Assembly: GCA_964016885.1 (NCBI GenBank)
Contig: OZ024764.1
Location: 20,274,001 to 20,338,000, forward strand
DNA length: 64,000 nucleotides
Direction of reading: 5' to 3'
Source of the DNA: Eledone cirrhosa
Lineage: Eukaryota
Part shown: in pieces, positions 37,818 through 52,221 of the stretch
Numbering within the stretch: position 1 is the first letter of the stretch
Layout: each line of letters begins with the position of its first letter
The notes under the pieces: generated by a model
What the model saw: only the letters and a program-made list of their open reading frames with translations
The model's database searches: none
Told to the model about the DNA's origin: nothing
Program-made: the position numbers and the translations under genes

Positions 37818-37892
37818 TTACGTCACAAAAAAACTTGACCTTTGACATTGAAGCATGCGCAGTGGTGCAGTTGTCGACTTCCTGTCCACGTG
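37818..37892 (+). promoter_or_regulatory. Putative ZNF promoter C
   Basis: Same motif cluster; GCATGCGCA at 37853, donor GTAAGT at 37957. Confidence 0.68.
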
Positions 37893-38712
37893 TTAGTCTT
37901 CCTACAACATCATTTAGAAAACATTTCTGTAAATACTAAACACCTGAGACTATAATGTAAGTATTATGTCTATTAATATTGTAGATTTAAGCTCACTTTT
38001 CACATCACAAATATATATTTTCTTGTTTGTTTCATTACTGGAAATATAAAATGTTATCGTAATTATCTATATTTTACCTACCTCTAATTAATTAAAGTGA
38101 AAACTTTTGTTGTTGCTGAAAAATAATTTAACAAAACTAAATATTTAAATATTCTAAAATATCGTTTTTATATTATGTGATGATATAATTAATATATTTT
38201 ATTACAATTGTATAAATTTACAGTAGAATAACGTTGAAAAGATGTTTTAAATATATACATAAATAACATAAGTGTGTAAATAACATTATAAATTGCTGGC
38301 AATTCCTTGAGAAAGACATTACAAATATATTGTCTAAACTGTGTATAATAATATAATTTATTGAACAATAATGATAAAGGAAAGAAAAACACAGTGGGAG
38401 ATGGCAATTCACCACCAGGTGTGATAATAGGCCACACCTCACACCTTAGGTGTTAACTACACACTTTGAGGCAAGCCAACACACTGGGAGCATTACTAAG
38501 GTGTTGAAATAACCAGGTACCCTCACGGGTATCACCTGACACCTCAGTAAGGCGAGGCTAAGGTGCTGAAATAACCAGGTACCCTCACGGGTATCACCTG
38601 ACACCTCGGTAAGGCGAGGCTAAGGTGCTGAAATAACCAGGTACCCTCACAGGTATCACCTGACACCTCGGTAAGGTGTGGCTAAGGTGCTGAGATAACC
38701 ATGTACCCTCAC

Positions 38713-39069
38713 TGAAACGACTAGATTTGTAGAAAAAGTAGGGTGAAAGTATACGAAGAGATGTAGTTTCACAGATCTACTCACACCTCACGTTGGGTGG
38801 GAAATAATTATTTTTCTTAGATTTTTTTCTAGACCCCTTTTCAATATTTTCTCTGAACCCTTTAGATACTTGCAACAGACGTTTTATTCCCCAGTATTAG
38901 GGTTAGGGTTTCCGTTTTCAGGAAGAAAAGTCGATTGCAAAGATCTAAGAGCTCGAGAAAAATAATAAGGAAAGATAATTATTTCCCAGCCAACTGGAGA
39001 AGTGTGTAGCTCTTCTAAGCTCTGATAATCCTGTCTCCCACTTCTTTATCTACAAATCTAGTCGTTTCC
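38713..39069. mobile_element. Palindromic MITE (unit C, first copy)
   Basis: Same family as 3756-4111. Confidence 0.83.
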
Positions 39070-39098
39070 TACTACTTTGAAGGCCATATTTACATTTC

Positions 39099-40457
39099 TG
39101 ACAACATTTCTGTAAATACTAAACACCTGAGACTATAATGTAAGTATTATGTCTATTAATATTGTAGATTTAAGCTCACTTTTCACATCACAAATATATA
39201 TTTTCTTGTTTGTTTCATTACTGGAAATATAAAATGTTATCGTAATTATCTATATTTTACCTACCTCTAATTAATTAAAGTGAAAACTTTTGTTGTTGCT
39301 GAAAAATAAATTAACAAAACTAAATATTTAAATATTCTAAAGGTCGTTTTTATATTATGTGATGATATATAATTAATATATTTTATTACAATTGTATAAA
39401 TTTACAGTAGAATAACGTTGTAAATATGTTTTAAATATATACATAAATAACATAAGTGTGTAAATAACATTATAAATTGCTGGCAATTCCTTGAGAAAGA
39501 CATTACAAATATATTGTCTAAACTGTGTATAATAATATAATTTATTGAGCAATAATGATAATGGAAAGAAAAACACAGTGGGAGATGGCATTTGACCACC
39601 AAGTGTGATAATAGGTCACACCTCACACCTTAGGGGTTAACTACACACTTTGAGGCAAGCCAACACACTGGCAGCATTACTAAGGTGTTGAAATAACCAG
39701 GTACCCTCACGGGTATCACCTGGTACCTCAGTAAGGTGAGGCTAAGGTGCTGAAATAACCAGGTACCCTCACGGGTATCACCTAACACCTCGGTAAGGTG
39801 AGGCTAAGGATCTGAAATAACCAGGTACCCTCACGGGTATCACCTGACACCTTGATAAGGTGAGTCTAAGGGGCTGAAATAACCAGGTACCCTCACGGGT
39901 ATCACCTGGTACCTCAGTAAGGTGAGGCTAAGGTGCTGAAATAACCTGGTACCCTCACGGGTATCACCTAACACCTCGGTAAGGTGAGGCTAAGGGGCTG
40001 AAATAACCAGGTACCCTCACGGGTATCACCTGACACCTTGGTAAGGTGAGTCTAAGGGGCTGAAATAACCAGGTACCCTCACGGAATCGACTAGATTTGT
40101 AGAAAAAGTAGGGTGAAAGTATACGAAGAGATGTAGTTTCATAGATTTACTCACACCTCACGTTGGGTGGGAAATAATTATTTTTCTTAGATTTTTTTCC
40201 TAGACCCCTTTTCAATATTTTCTCTGAACCCCTTAGATACTTGCAATAGACGTTTTATTCCCCAGTATTAGGGTTAGGGTTTCCGTTTTCAGGAAGAAAA
40301 GTCGATTGCAAACATCTAAGAGGTCGAGAAATAAAATTAAGGAAAGATAATTATTTCCCAGCCAACTGGAGAAGTGTGTAGCTCTTCTAAACTCTGATAA
40401 TCCTGTCTCCCACTTTTTATCTACAAATCTAGTCGTTTCCTGCTACTTTGAAGGCCC
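39099..40457 (+). repeat. Local tandem duplication of exon-1 end, donor, 59-bp array and MITE (40083-40440)
   Basis: Repeats ~37917-39086; second GTAAGT at 39140. Confidence 0.9.
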
Positions 40458-41268
40458 TATTTATTGATAACACCACTTGTAAATCTTTGTCAACTTTTCA
40501 TACGTAAATTGTGAATCAGTTATTTTTAAACAAACTATCAAAGAAGTGATCTCACAGTAACTGTGTTTGATTTAATCAACTTATTCCCCCTAAACATTGT
40601 CGACCTTGTGTCTAAATCAGAAACTATTATTAGATCTTAATTCAACCCCGTAAAGATGAAGGGCAAAGCTAACCTCGGCGGGATTTCAACCGTTTATGTT
40701 ATGAGTTCAAATCCCACCAAAGTTAACTTTGTCTTTCATTCTAACGGAGTGGATAAATTAAAGTTCCAGTAATCTACTGGGGTCTGAGATATTAAGGTTT
40801 GAGTAGATTCTATCTTTTGTGTGTTTGTATTTATAATCTTACCAGAACACCTGTGACCTGTTGGGTCACGTTCCCTTTAAAAATAATATTTAAATAATTG
40901 AAATATACACAGACATGTCTATAATCTAAAATAAAATTAGTAGGTAGGCCCATGTATATATATATATATATATATATATGCGTGTGTGTATATATATATG
41001 TCACAGACACACACACACACGTCATTTGTTATAATTTTAAAATTTCGTTCAACAACACCACCAGCTCTCTCTCTCTCTATTTATGAAGGTACCAGAAAAA
41101 ACCCCATATCTCGGGAACCTGTGCTCTGATCTACGTGAAACTTATTTTATCCCATCTGTATTCCCATTTCAGGGTCAACTTCCTTTCAAACTATTTTCCC
41201 ATTATGCCCGGTTTTGGCTGTATTACATTACAGACAAGACACAATCACAGAGTTTTAGGTTTATAATG

Positions 41269-41567
41269 TGTGGTTAGAAAAAGCTATCTCACCGCTTTTC
41301 ACAGGCGCCGCTAAACTCCACTGCAGGTTACTCCTCTTCCACGTGCCTCCAACTGCTTAACACCGGGAGCTGCCCAAAACTCGCGTCCACACCGTTTGCT
41401 GGTCACCACTAGAGAGAGGCCCTCTGCTGGCCCTTCCGGTCGAGCATCCTTCCGGCCAAACACCCTTCCTGTCGAGCACTCCCCCGCCTCCGGCCACCGC
41501 ACGCCACACACCCTTCCGGTCGAGCACTCCCCCGCCTCCGGCCACCGCACGCCACACCATACCCACA
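41269..41567 (-). repeat. 3' LTR (2 x 48-bp repeat)
   Basis: Direct repeat of 45083-45565. Confidence 0.92.
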
Positions 41568-44500
41568 CGCCCCCCTGATCTCAAGGATCAATTTCCCCCT
41601 CGTCCCTCTGCATATGAAAGTCTGCTGTCCAGGTCGGTAGTCTACGACTTTGTTGCGATCTTCGTAGTATTGGGGCAGAGCTCTGGGTTCCCACCTCATC
41701 TTGGGTTTCCTCTTCCTCGGAGTCCGTCGACACAGTGATTCTTCTTACGTCCAGGACATGACGTGGTACCCCGTCCACAGACACATTGTTCTTTGAATTT
41801 ACGGCCGTCACCTTCCCCCTTCCCCATTGAGATGGGGAAGGGGGAAGGTGACGACTTCTTCGCCTACCTGCACGAATGCACTCTCTCTCCCCACTGGCCG
41901 TTGTGGTGGCGTGCACGGGTGCCGCCACTTGTATCTGAATACTGCTCTGTGTGGCACCGATTCCTCGACCTGTCCAACCCGAGGGGACATTGTACCAGAA
42001 CACTGCCTCCATTGGTGAGATATGGCCCCGCTCCGCCATTGCCTTGATCGTCCGGTGGTGTCGCTCCACGATTCCATTCCCGCTCGGCCTCTGCGCCGCT
42101 CTGAAGAAACGGTCCACCTTCCATCCATCGAGCATCTCCCTCAGTGCCTCCGAGTGGAACGCTGCGCCGTTGTCCATCAGCAGTTCGTCCACAGGGACCC
42201 GCTCCAAGAACACCTCTCTCAACGTCCGCATGATTTCCTCGGCCGTTCCAGTCTTCATCTCCCTCCATATCGCCTTCCGTCCTGGTCCACAGTCGACCAT
42301 CGAGAGGTACATTCCCTGTCGGTAGTGCGTTACATCCACCGCCAATCGTTTCCAGTCGCGATCCACTGGGAGGCTTCCCGTTTCGTGTACACCCGAGGTG
42401 GATCAATGGACTGACATCGGATGCAGCCTCTAACCACCCTTTGAACACTGTGACTGTTAACGTCTGAGTCGATTCTCCTGGCTAGGAACAGGCTCCTATC
42501 CACTCCCATGTGGTGCATGTCATGCAACCCTTTCAGATCCGACTCGGTCAGCCGACACACGGCAGCTATCTCATCTTCTACCTCCTCCGGCGCTTCCATC
42601 CAGGCTTTCTTCACTCTAGTTAAGATGTCCGCCCTATTTTTCTCTGAGGGCACGAACACTACGCTCAGCCTCAGGTCGAACTCGGTTGCCAGCTCTCCTA
42701 AAGTTCCCAGGCGGCGCTTTATCAGCATCTCCGCCGCGCCTCTCTTCTCACTGGTGAGCACTGATCTCACCTATCCGAGTACAGTAGCCGAGTCAGTGCG
42801 TATCTCGATGGTGCGCAGCCCCCACCGCAGGGCGAGGTTCACCCCTCTCAACACCGCGTCCAGCTCGGCCACATTGATGTGGCTGCAGCCGTTCTTCTCT
42901 CTAAGCCAGGCTGCATCCTCGACCTCAACACCTCCTATCTCCAACGTGACACTCAGCGCTATGCTGCTGGTATAGCACCATACGGTCCCGCTCTTTGATT
43001 TGGGAACATACCAGCGTCGCCGCACTGGGTCCTCGGCCTTCACCCTCCCCACGATCTCCTGCATCATGGCCACCGTCCTCTCTCCCGCTCGTCTCTTGAC
43101 ATAGCTGCATGCCGTCCGGAGCCACCCAGCAATCGGGTAGTGACCCACCAACTTTCCACACACCGAGAAAAGCTCCCGCCTACTCATACTTGGGCCCAGT
43201 TCTGGAACTTCATTTCCCCTCTGGAATACCAAGACGCCCGTCCTGTCTCGCCGTAGCCTAAGTCCCAGTGCGGCTCCTCCCTCCAACGCTTCTGACGGCT
43301 TCGCAGCCAGTCCATACCCCTGTAAATGGCTCGTGACCTCCGCCGCCGCCACCACAGACTCGTCCACTAGGATGTCGTCAATATAGGAGTTAGTGGCCCA
43401 CTTCATCTTGTCGGCCTTTTCCAGAATGGTCTTGAGGACCGCCGCCATGATCTTCGGTGCGGAGCTCAGCCCGAATCCGAGCTTGGTCAGGCAATATGTC
43501 CGGCCCTTATACCTGACCAGCTGATACTGCCAGAGCTTCTCATCTATATGCAATTGCAAGTATGCCGACTTTAGATCCACGATCGCTGAATCCCCCGAGC
43601 TCCCGATAGTCCAGCACCGGCCTCACCTTGCTCTTCGTGGGTTGCGCCACCGCCATCAACGGCAATACTCCGCACTTCACCTCCTCCTTCCAGGGAAGCA
43701 GTATGCCCTCCTCAATCCATCTCTCTACCTCGCTCCTAATAGTTTCCCTTCAATGTGTGTTGATAGCAGCCCACTGTGGTCTTCAGTGTTGGTGGTTCTC
43801 CCTTCCAGTACCACTCAACAACCCATCGCTGCCCATCAAACACGGCCTTGAAGTCTTTGTCCTGTACAGTGTAAGCGGGGTATTTCTCCTCGTGGGCCTT
43901 CTGGTTCTCATGACGTGCACTCACAGCGCATACCGATGCAGCGGCGCCAAACGACACACCGACGTTGTTCACTGTGACGCCCCCTAGACGGCCAATCGCG
44001 TCCATGCCCATAACCGCGCTGATCCCATCCACCACACTGTCTACCACGATGGCGGAAAGCCTCCTTCCCCGTACCGCTATATCCATCTCGCTGCGACCTC
44101 AGCATTCAATTTTCCTGCCGTCGACTGCCCTTACGCTGCTCTTCCCTCCCCACCTCTGCGCCACCCCCGCGGTCACCAGTGTCGTTGTACAGCCCGTATC
44201 CACGAGGGCTCGCTGTGGCTTCCCCCTCACGAAGACTTCCACCACGGGCAGCGCTGCTACTCGTAAGGGGCAACTACCGGCGCAGTAGTTCCCCTTGGAT
44301 CGTTTCCCTGGTCGCAGTTGGTAGCGATGTGGCCTGGTCGCTTACACCGGTAGCAAATTATCTCCGGATTCGACTCTCTACAGTCTCTAGCCATGTGCGG
44401 GCCCTGGCACCGAAAACAGCGCCCTCTAAACGCACGTGGACGGCCGCGTGCCGAGGTTGCCTCCCTTTCACCATTTCGCTACCAGGTGTCCTGAGCCTCC

Positions 44501-45082
44501 GTAGTCGCTATCGCCGCGACACTCTTTTTGGCATCTTCCGCTATGATCCGGGCTTGTTCCACCAGTGAACGCATTTCCATCTCTTTATAACCTGGGACTT
44601 GCTGCAGTTTCACCGTTATGTCGTCCGGAAATCCATTGATGAACGCCAACCGCACCGTGCGTTCGCATTCCGCCTGGGAACCGGCCAACATGGCCAACCG
44701 CCTTATTTCCGCTGCGAAAATGTCGACGCGCTCACCATTCCACCTGATTCTCGCCAGCTTAGCAAAAGCCACCAACGGTCCCTCGGCGAATGCATCCATC
44801 AGACGCCTCTCAATCTTCTGCGCATCTCTTTGGCTGTGCTCGTCCAACTCAAGGAAGAGTACCAACGCGTCCCCCTCGAGGTACAATGCCATGAGGCCGG
44901 CCACGTCCTCTATCTTCTGCAAGCTTGCGACCAGCCGAACCTTCCGCAGCCAAGCGACAACATCACCTTCCCCGGTGAATGCCCTGATAGCTTCGTTCAT
45001 CCGTAGTCTTGTCGCCATCTTCTGATTTGTCTAGCGGCAAGTGTTTTTTTTTTTTTTTTTTTTTTTTTCAGTCGCCGAAATA

Positions 45083-45565
45083 GCTTTTCACAGGCGCCGC
45101 TAAACTCCACTGCAGGTTACTCCCCTTCCACGTGCCTCCAACTGCTTAACACCGGGAGCTGCCCAAAACTCGCTTCCACACCGTTTGCTGGTCACCACTA
45201 GAGAGAGGCCCTCTGCTGGCCCTTCCGGTCGAGCATCCTTCCGGCCAAACACCTCCGGCCACCGCACGCCACACACCCTTCCGGTCGAGCACTCCCCCGC
45301 CTCCGGCCACCCCACGCCACACACCCTTCCGGTCGAGCACTCCCCCGCCACCGGCCACCCCACGCCACACACCCTTCCGGTCGAGCACTCCCCCGCCTCC
45401 GGCCACCCCACGCCACACACCCTTCCGGTCGAGCACTCCCCCGCCTCCGGCCACCCCACGCCACACACCCTTCCGGTCGAGCACTCCCCCGCCACCGGCC
45501 ACCCCACGCCACACACCCTTCCGGTCGAGCACTCCCCCGCCACCCCACGCCACACCATACCCACA
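45083..45565 (-). repeat. 5' LTR (6 x 48-bp repeat, inner end missing)
   Basis: Lacks the terminal ~24 bp present at 41269-41293. Confidence 0.9.
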
Positions 45566-45854
45566 TAATGTTATAGTATCATGATAGGGTAATACAGTTA
45601 TTTATAGACCTGTGGTAGATGTTGGTTCAGTCCACCCTGGGGGGGTGTTAGTGTTGGTTCAGTCCACTCTGGGGGTGTTAGTGTTGGTTCAGTCCACCCT
45701 GGGGAGTGTTAGTATTGGTTCAGTCCACCCTGGGGGTGTTAGTGTTGGTTCAGTCCACCCTGGGGAGTGTTAGTGTTGGTTCAGTCCACCCTGGGGGGTG
45801 TTAGTGTTGGTCAATGATAACCTTTATAATTAGAGGCCTGTTGGTGAGGAAAGC

Positions 45855-47712
45855 CCATCCTTATTCTAGATATTATGGCCCACAACACCCTCCCCCCTTG
45901 CTAATCTGATCACCTAGGTATCAGAAGCTATCAACCACCTCTGTAGATCCTACCTGCATTTGAAAAATGTGTCTATCACTGCGACTTCTACTGTCAAATT
46001 TCCCTGTACATCTATTGCATATGTAGTTTTCTCTATCTGTTAGTTTGCCTGCTATCCCACTACATCTCTTGTGTACCCAAGATCTGCATTGTGTACATTA
46101 TAGAATTTATGCCAGTTCCTTTTCTGCATATCGAACATGGCCATTTCCCTGACGGAATCAGGGTTTTGTCCTCATTTCTACTCATCAACACTTTTGTATT
46201 AGCTAGGTTCACTCTCAGTCCTCTTGATTCCAACTGCTGTTGCAATAGCCGGAATTTATTCTCTAGCTCCTCTACTGATTCTGCTATAAGAACCATATCG
46301 TCATCATAGAGAAGTTCCCATTGGCAGCCAGTCTTAAACTCTTCTGTTATGACTTGGAGGACTCTAATGAACAAGAGCGGGCTGAGGACCAAACCCTGAT
46401 GTACTCCTGCATCTGTAATTCCTCACTAAACTCCATGCCTACCCTCACTTTACTGACAGCACCTCTGTACATAGCTTGCACTGTCCTCACAAACTATTCC
46501 TCTACACCTAGTTTCCTTAGGGACCACCAGATGACAGATTGGGGTACTCTATAAAAGGCCTTCTCTAGGTCAACAAAAACTAAGTATAGTGGTTTATTCT
46601 TCTCTAAGAACCTCTCTTGTAGTTGTCTCACTAAGAAGAGGGCATCTGTTTGACCCTTTCTCTAAGTTGCGCTAGTATTCTTTCTATCACTTTCATAACC
46701 TGATCCATCAGTTTTATACCCCTATAATTACTCCTATCCAGAACATCCCCTTTACCTTTACCTCAATTTATGAGAATAATGCTGCACCAGTCTTTGTGGG
46801 TGACACCACCATATATAGCTTGATTAATGATGCATGCAACCAGTTTAATTCCTACTTCTCCTGATGCCTTCAGCATCTCAGCAACTATCCCCAACAGTCC
46901 AGCGGACCTACCATTTTTCATTTCCTTAATTGCCTCTTGGACCCTATAGTCGTCAATCTCAATAGCTGGTCCCTCTGTCGGGTCTACTGAGGGTAGTTTC
47001 TCTCCCTTTCATTCTCCACATTCATCAGTCTCTCATAATGACATTTCCAGGCCTCCTTTTTTTTAAAAATCAGTGACACTAAGTGCACCAACATCCTGAT
47101 TTACACTGACACACTGCCTTGCAATGTGGAACACCGCACATCTCTGATCTCCCCATCGCAGGACATTGGCAAACCTTCTCCTCTCAGCCTCCCTGCATGT
47201 TAAGTAAACCTGACATCTAGCTTCTCTCTTAGTGGCTGTGAATAGGTCTTTACCTCTACCATTTTTCCAAGTCTCTAATGGCTCTATCTACCGTGCTGTT
47301 CCACCAACAGGTCACCCTCTGTCTGGTTGGAGCTCTGCTCCAGCCACAAATTTTTTCAGTAACCTGCAGTAAGTTGTCACGTAAGAAATTCCAGTTATCA
47401 TCCATGTCATAGGACTCTAAATCGTCTTCTTTTTCGTCATACACATCTTGAAAGGCTTTTCTAAATTTATATTTTAGTGAAAGGTCTTTTAAGTTTCCAG
47501 ACCTTCCTTTTTCACACTTTCTCGTATGTCTCACTTTGTTCTTGCTTACTGACATGTCACTAACGACTAACCCATGTTGGGGGGTTACATTGTTCCCTGG
47601 GGTATGCCTTAGTATTTGACATCATCTATCTGTCTTACTCCCTATCTAGCAAGAAGTCAATCTGTCTCATGTGCTCACCTGTTTGGTAGGTTATTAGGTG
47701 GTTGGTAGGTTT
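45855..47712 (-). mobile_element. RTE-clade LINE, decayed (paralog of 5531-7785)
   Basis: Collinear, with extra deletions at both ends. Confidence 0.9.
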
Positions 47713-49342
47713 ATTATAACTAGGTCTCTGTCATTGTGGTTATCTCTACTTATTCCTTTTCTACATATGGAGCAGGGCCACTTTCCTGAAGAGGTCAGGG
47801 TCTTCTCTCCTATCCATTACCACTTTAGTTTTGGCTAAGTATATTCTCAGAACTTAACATTTCAAATTCTATATCTATAGTTGGTCATCTACATAGAGAA
47901 GTTTCCATAGACAGCCAGTCTTAAACCTCTCTGTTATGGCTTGGAGAACTATGATGAACAAGTGGGCTAAGAACTAAACCATGATGAACTCATACCTATA
48001 CCTTCAATTCCTCACTAGACACTTTACTGACAGCTTCTCACAAGCCATTCTTCTACACCTAATTTCTTTAACCCTTTAGTATATAAACTGGCCATGTCTG
48101 GCCAGAATTCTCTCACATCTTTCTGTTCAAACTGGCCGTAACTGGTCACTTATACTTATGTTAAGGTATTGTTCTCAAAATAAATAACATGAAAATCTCA
48201 TAAATTTGATATTATGTGAGATAAAGCATTTACTGTGAAAATATAATAGTAAATATAGAGTAATGTGAATACTAAAGGGTTAATCTGATGTCACTAATAA
48301 CTACTTTTATCAGTCAGTATAATATAATGTCACTAATAACTACTTTTATCAGTCAGTTTAATCTACTGCCACTAATAACTAACGTATGTTAGTCAGCACA
48401 TTCTTCACCAAGGAAGCCCTTAGTATTTATTACAGTCCATTTATCAATATAGAAATATTTTATGAAAGTTGTACTGACGTATTACAAGTTTCTCAGTATC
48501 TTAAAATGTTCTTTTATTATTTCAGAATACCAGAGGACATTGGCATTAAAGAGCACGTTACATCAGACATATCCTCAACATTAACCATTTCTAATGAAAG
48601 ACACTACCCATCATTTCCAAATAATTTTGAAAACACTCAACACTTTGAAGGGATTTAGTAATATAACTAAATTTCTCAGTATTAAGCTGCTAGTTGGAAC
48701 ATAACTTTGCACAATTTCATGAACTTATGATGGAAAGTTTTTAGATAAATATAAAGACTGATATGAAAAGGATAAAACACTTTTATATCAGTTGTTTCAT
48801 CAACACCATTATTTAAAGACTAAAGGAAGCTGTTATACAGAACAGATTCAACCTTGTTTATATAAATCTATGGGAGAAATACTGGGAAATATTTCTTGTA
48901 AACTCAATAACACTTCTATTCTTTGCTGTCTGGAATATGTAGAAGATACAAAATAAAGCTGAAGAAATTCACAAATGATTTTGTAAGATCTTCATATATT
49001 GACAAAGATGATAGTAGATGGAACTACAGGAGTAGAAATATTTCCATTATTGGAGGAATAACTAATCAAATGAAGACCAGAAAAATTAGATTCTTCACTG
49101 TCTGGAATTTGTACAAGATGATTTTATATGTATATTAAACTTGAAGAGATCTACAAAACAGTTTGTATCATCTTTAAATATAAAGAAAGACCAAGTTGAT
49201 GTAAATATATCTGGAGGAATATGTTTTAGGAATAATATTATAAACATAAAGAAGAAAAATATCCATATATTGACAGAAGAAAAATATTAAAACTGTGAAT
49301 TATGTGAGAAACTGAGGTCATTGATATCTTTTAGTGGGTGTT

Positions 49343-49954
49343 ATGTCGAAAAATATAGTAAAATCACCATTCCACTGTGATATCTGTGGTAAATCATTCT
49401 CTCGTAGTAATCAGCTAACTACTCACAAACGTATTCATACAGGAGAGAAGCCTTATCACTGTCAAATCTGTGGTAAATCATTCAGTTACGGTAGTAGCAT
49501 CAGAGTTCACAAACAAATTCATACAGGAGAGAAGCCACATCACTGTGACATCTGTAGTAAATCATTCTCTTGCAGATATATCTTAACTAATCACAAACGT
49601 TTTCATACAGGAGAGAAACCATATCACTGTGACATCTGCGGTAATTCATTCTCTCAGAGTAATCACCTAATTACTCACAAACGTATTCATACAGGAGAGA
49701 AACCATATCACTGTGATATCTGTGGTAAAACATTCTCTGACAGAAGTAGCTTTGTTAAACACCAACGTACTCATACAGGAGAGAAGCCATATCACTGTGA
49801 CATCTGTGGTAAATCATTCTCTCGTAGTAATCACCTAACTACTCACAAACGTACTGATACAGGAGAGAAGCCATATCACTGTGACATCTGTGGTAAATCA
49901 TTCTCTCAAAGTGGTAACTTAACCAAGCATGTGCATGTTCATACAGAAGTTTAG
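49343..49954 (+). CDS. C2H2 zinc-finger protein, 7 fingers (203 aa)
   Basis: ATG at 49343 matches the [12 protein letters not shown] start of the paralogs. Finger 6 has His->Asp. Confidence 0.9.
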   Translation: MSKNIVKSPFHCDICGKSFSRSNQLTTHKRIHTGEKPYHCQICGKSFSYGSSIRVHKQIHTGEKPHHCDICSKSFSCRYILTNHKRFHTGEKPYHCDICGNSFSQSNHLITHKRIHTGEKPYHCDICGKTFSDRSSFVKHQRTHTGEKPYHCDICGKSFSRSNHLTTHKRTDTGEKPYHCDICGKSFSQSGNLTKHVHVHTEV

Positions 49955-51808
49955 CTGTATCAATATCAAACTCATTACATCATACTACAACAACGACACC
50001 AAATATGTAGATCCATCATCCTTGCTAAAACTGGGGTTAACCTTGTAGGTTTTACCTATGACAGGGATCATAAACACCAGGTTTCCATTTTTGAAGCAGT
50101 GTTTGAAGATTTTGTGTAAATTAAAGTTTTTCACATTAAACTTTGATTTATTATACTTTAACAGGTAAGATATATATTTGTATTTTCAGTAAAGGTTGGG
50201 AACTTCTGTAATTTAAACCTGCCAATAAAATGAAAACTTTTGTTGTTGCTAGTCTGACATTGATATTAATTCTATTGTCCTGTACATTGTCTCAAATATC
50301 ACAGATTAAACAGATTTTAACAATAACAACAGAAATCAATAACTTGTAAGCCTAATATCTAGCTTCCATTTTAAATATTTGATATTGTTGTTCCCCTCCT
50401 GTCTCTTCAGGTCTTTTAGATTTCAACTTCTATCTACTATACTATTCCATCACCAAGGCAACATTCATCTGGCTGGCAGCTTACATCAACTACAGATCTC
50501 ATCAGTGGTTCACAACAGGCTGTCTGAAAGAAACTTCCAGATATCTTCTATGTCATAGCTATCAATCTCCTCCTCCTTATCATATGTATCATGTAGAACA
50601 TCTCTGAATTTATATTTAACAAGGAGATCTTTTACTATCCCTAACCTTGTCTCTAGGTTGTCTTGTACCTCTCTCACAGTCCTTCTAGATCTTATATTTA
50701 ACAGGGAGATGTTTTACTATCCCTACCCTTTTCTCTAGGTTGTCTTGTACCTCTCTCACAGTCCCTCTAGATCTTATATTTAACAGGGAGATCTTTTACT
50801 ATCTCTACCTCTTTCTCTAGGTGGTGTTGTACTTTTCTCACAGTCCCTGTAGATCTTATATTTAACAGGGAGATCTTTTACTAGCCCTACCCTTTTCTCT
50901 AGGTTGTCTTGTACCTCTCTCAGTCCCTCTAGATCTTATATTTAACAGGGAGATCTTTACTGTCCCTACCCTTTTCTCTAGGTGGTGTTGTACCTCTCTC
51001 ACAGTCCCTCTAGATCTTATATTTAACAGGGAGATCTTTTACTCTCCAACCCTTCTTTCTCCAGATAGTCTTTTATCTGTCAGTCCCTCTAGATATTACA
51101 CCTAGTATCTAGTCTATGTTGAGTGGTACGTCCTTCTCCAGTAAAGGAGTTAATATTCCCAACCATCTGTCTATCCTGTTTTCTGATGAGAATGAAGTCA
51201 ATCTAGTTTATCTCTTCACCTGATTGAAGTAACTAGATCAAGTAACTAGATGATTTCCTGTAAGTTAGTGTTGCAGTGTTTGTGTCACCATGTAAGGTTT
51301 ATATCTATTAATATAGAGATGTAGTAAAGTTTTCACTGTTGTATCTCTATTTTCTAAATATCTTAATAATGTTTCTCTACTATTTCAGAATATCACATGA
51401 CCTTGACAGAAAAGAGTCTCTTGAAGACAACAGAAAGATGTTACATACAAGTGATATAAACTTGTTTAGTCTTTGGTGAATTATGGCGAAATATTTCTTC
51501 TGAATTGAGATAAATAACAACATTTTCCTTTTTCACTGTCTGGAATATTTACAAGATGATTTTACATTCTGATTAAACTTTGGATATTTACAAACATAGG
51601 AATATTTTCCAGAAGAGATGGGAAAATCATTATACCACTGTAATATTTGTGGTAAAGTATTCTCTCTTCTTTATATGTAGAATATCTAACTAAACACTTA
51701 AACTAACAAACTATTGTGCTATAGAATTGACAAACTTGAGGAATGTTTAATAAATGTTACAGATTTCTCCAAACTGTCGTTTACTAACTTTAATTTGAAG
51801 CTATATTA

Positions 51809-52221
51809 TCTATATACTACTAAAACTCTGTGATTGTGTCTTGTCTGTAATTTAATACAGCTAAAACAGTGCATAATGGGGAAATACTTTGAAAAGAATA
51901 AAACAAGTTTTGTATAAATTGGAGCACGGATTCCCAAGATACGGGGTTTTCTGGGTACCTTCATAAATATAGGGAGAGAAAGAGATAGTGGTTGTGAGAC
52001 TGTGGATTGAAAAGGAGAGATAGAAGGAGATGGATGGAAAGGGGAAGAGAGAGAGAGAGCTGGTGGTGATGTTTAACAATATGTGTGTGTATATATATAT
52101 ATATGTGTCTATATATATATATGTCTATATTTTAACTACTTGAAAATTATTTTTAAGTGCACATGATTTTAGAAAAAATAGTTTTAAGGGAACGTGACCC
52201 AACAGGTCCCGGGTGGTCTAG
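51809..52221 (+). mobile_element. Non-autonomous Helitron (unit C)
   Basis: TC..hairpin..CTAG; paralog of 11880-12243. Confidence 0.76.

Larger units (their letters stand above)
41269..45565 (-). mobile_element. Ty3/Gypsy LTR retrotransposon, ~4.3 kb, frameshifted
   Basis: TGTGG..CCACA ends and 5-bp TSD TAATG (41264-41268, 45566-45570). Gag 44479-45018 plus two CCHC-type knuckles, protease ALVDTG, RT YIDD, RNase H (AELDA, TDS), integrase (GNGIVERHHRTIK). PPT at ~41568-41577. Confidence 0.96.

Noticed and set aside
45100-45568. Overlapping repetitive ORFs on both strands
   Set aside because: Stop-free 48-bp GC-rich LTR repeats.
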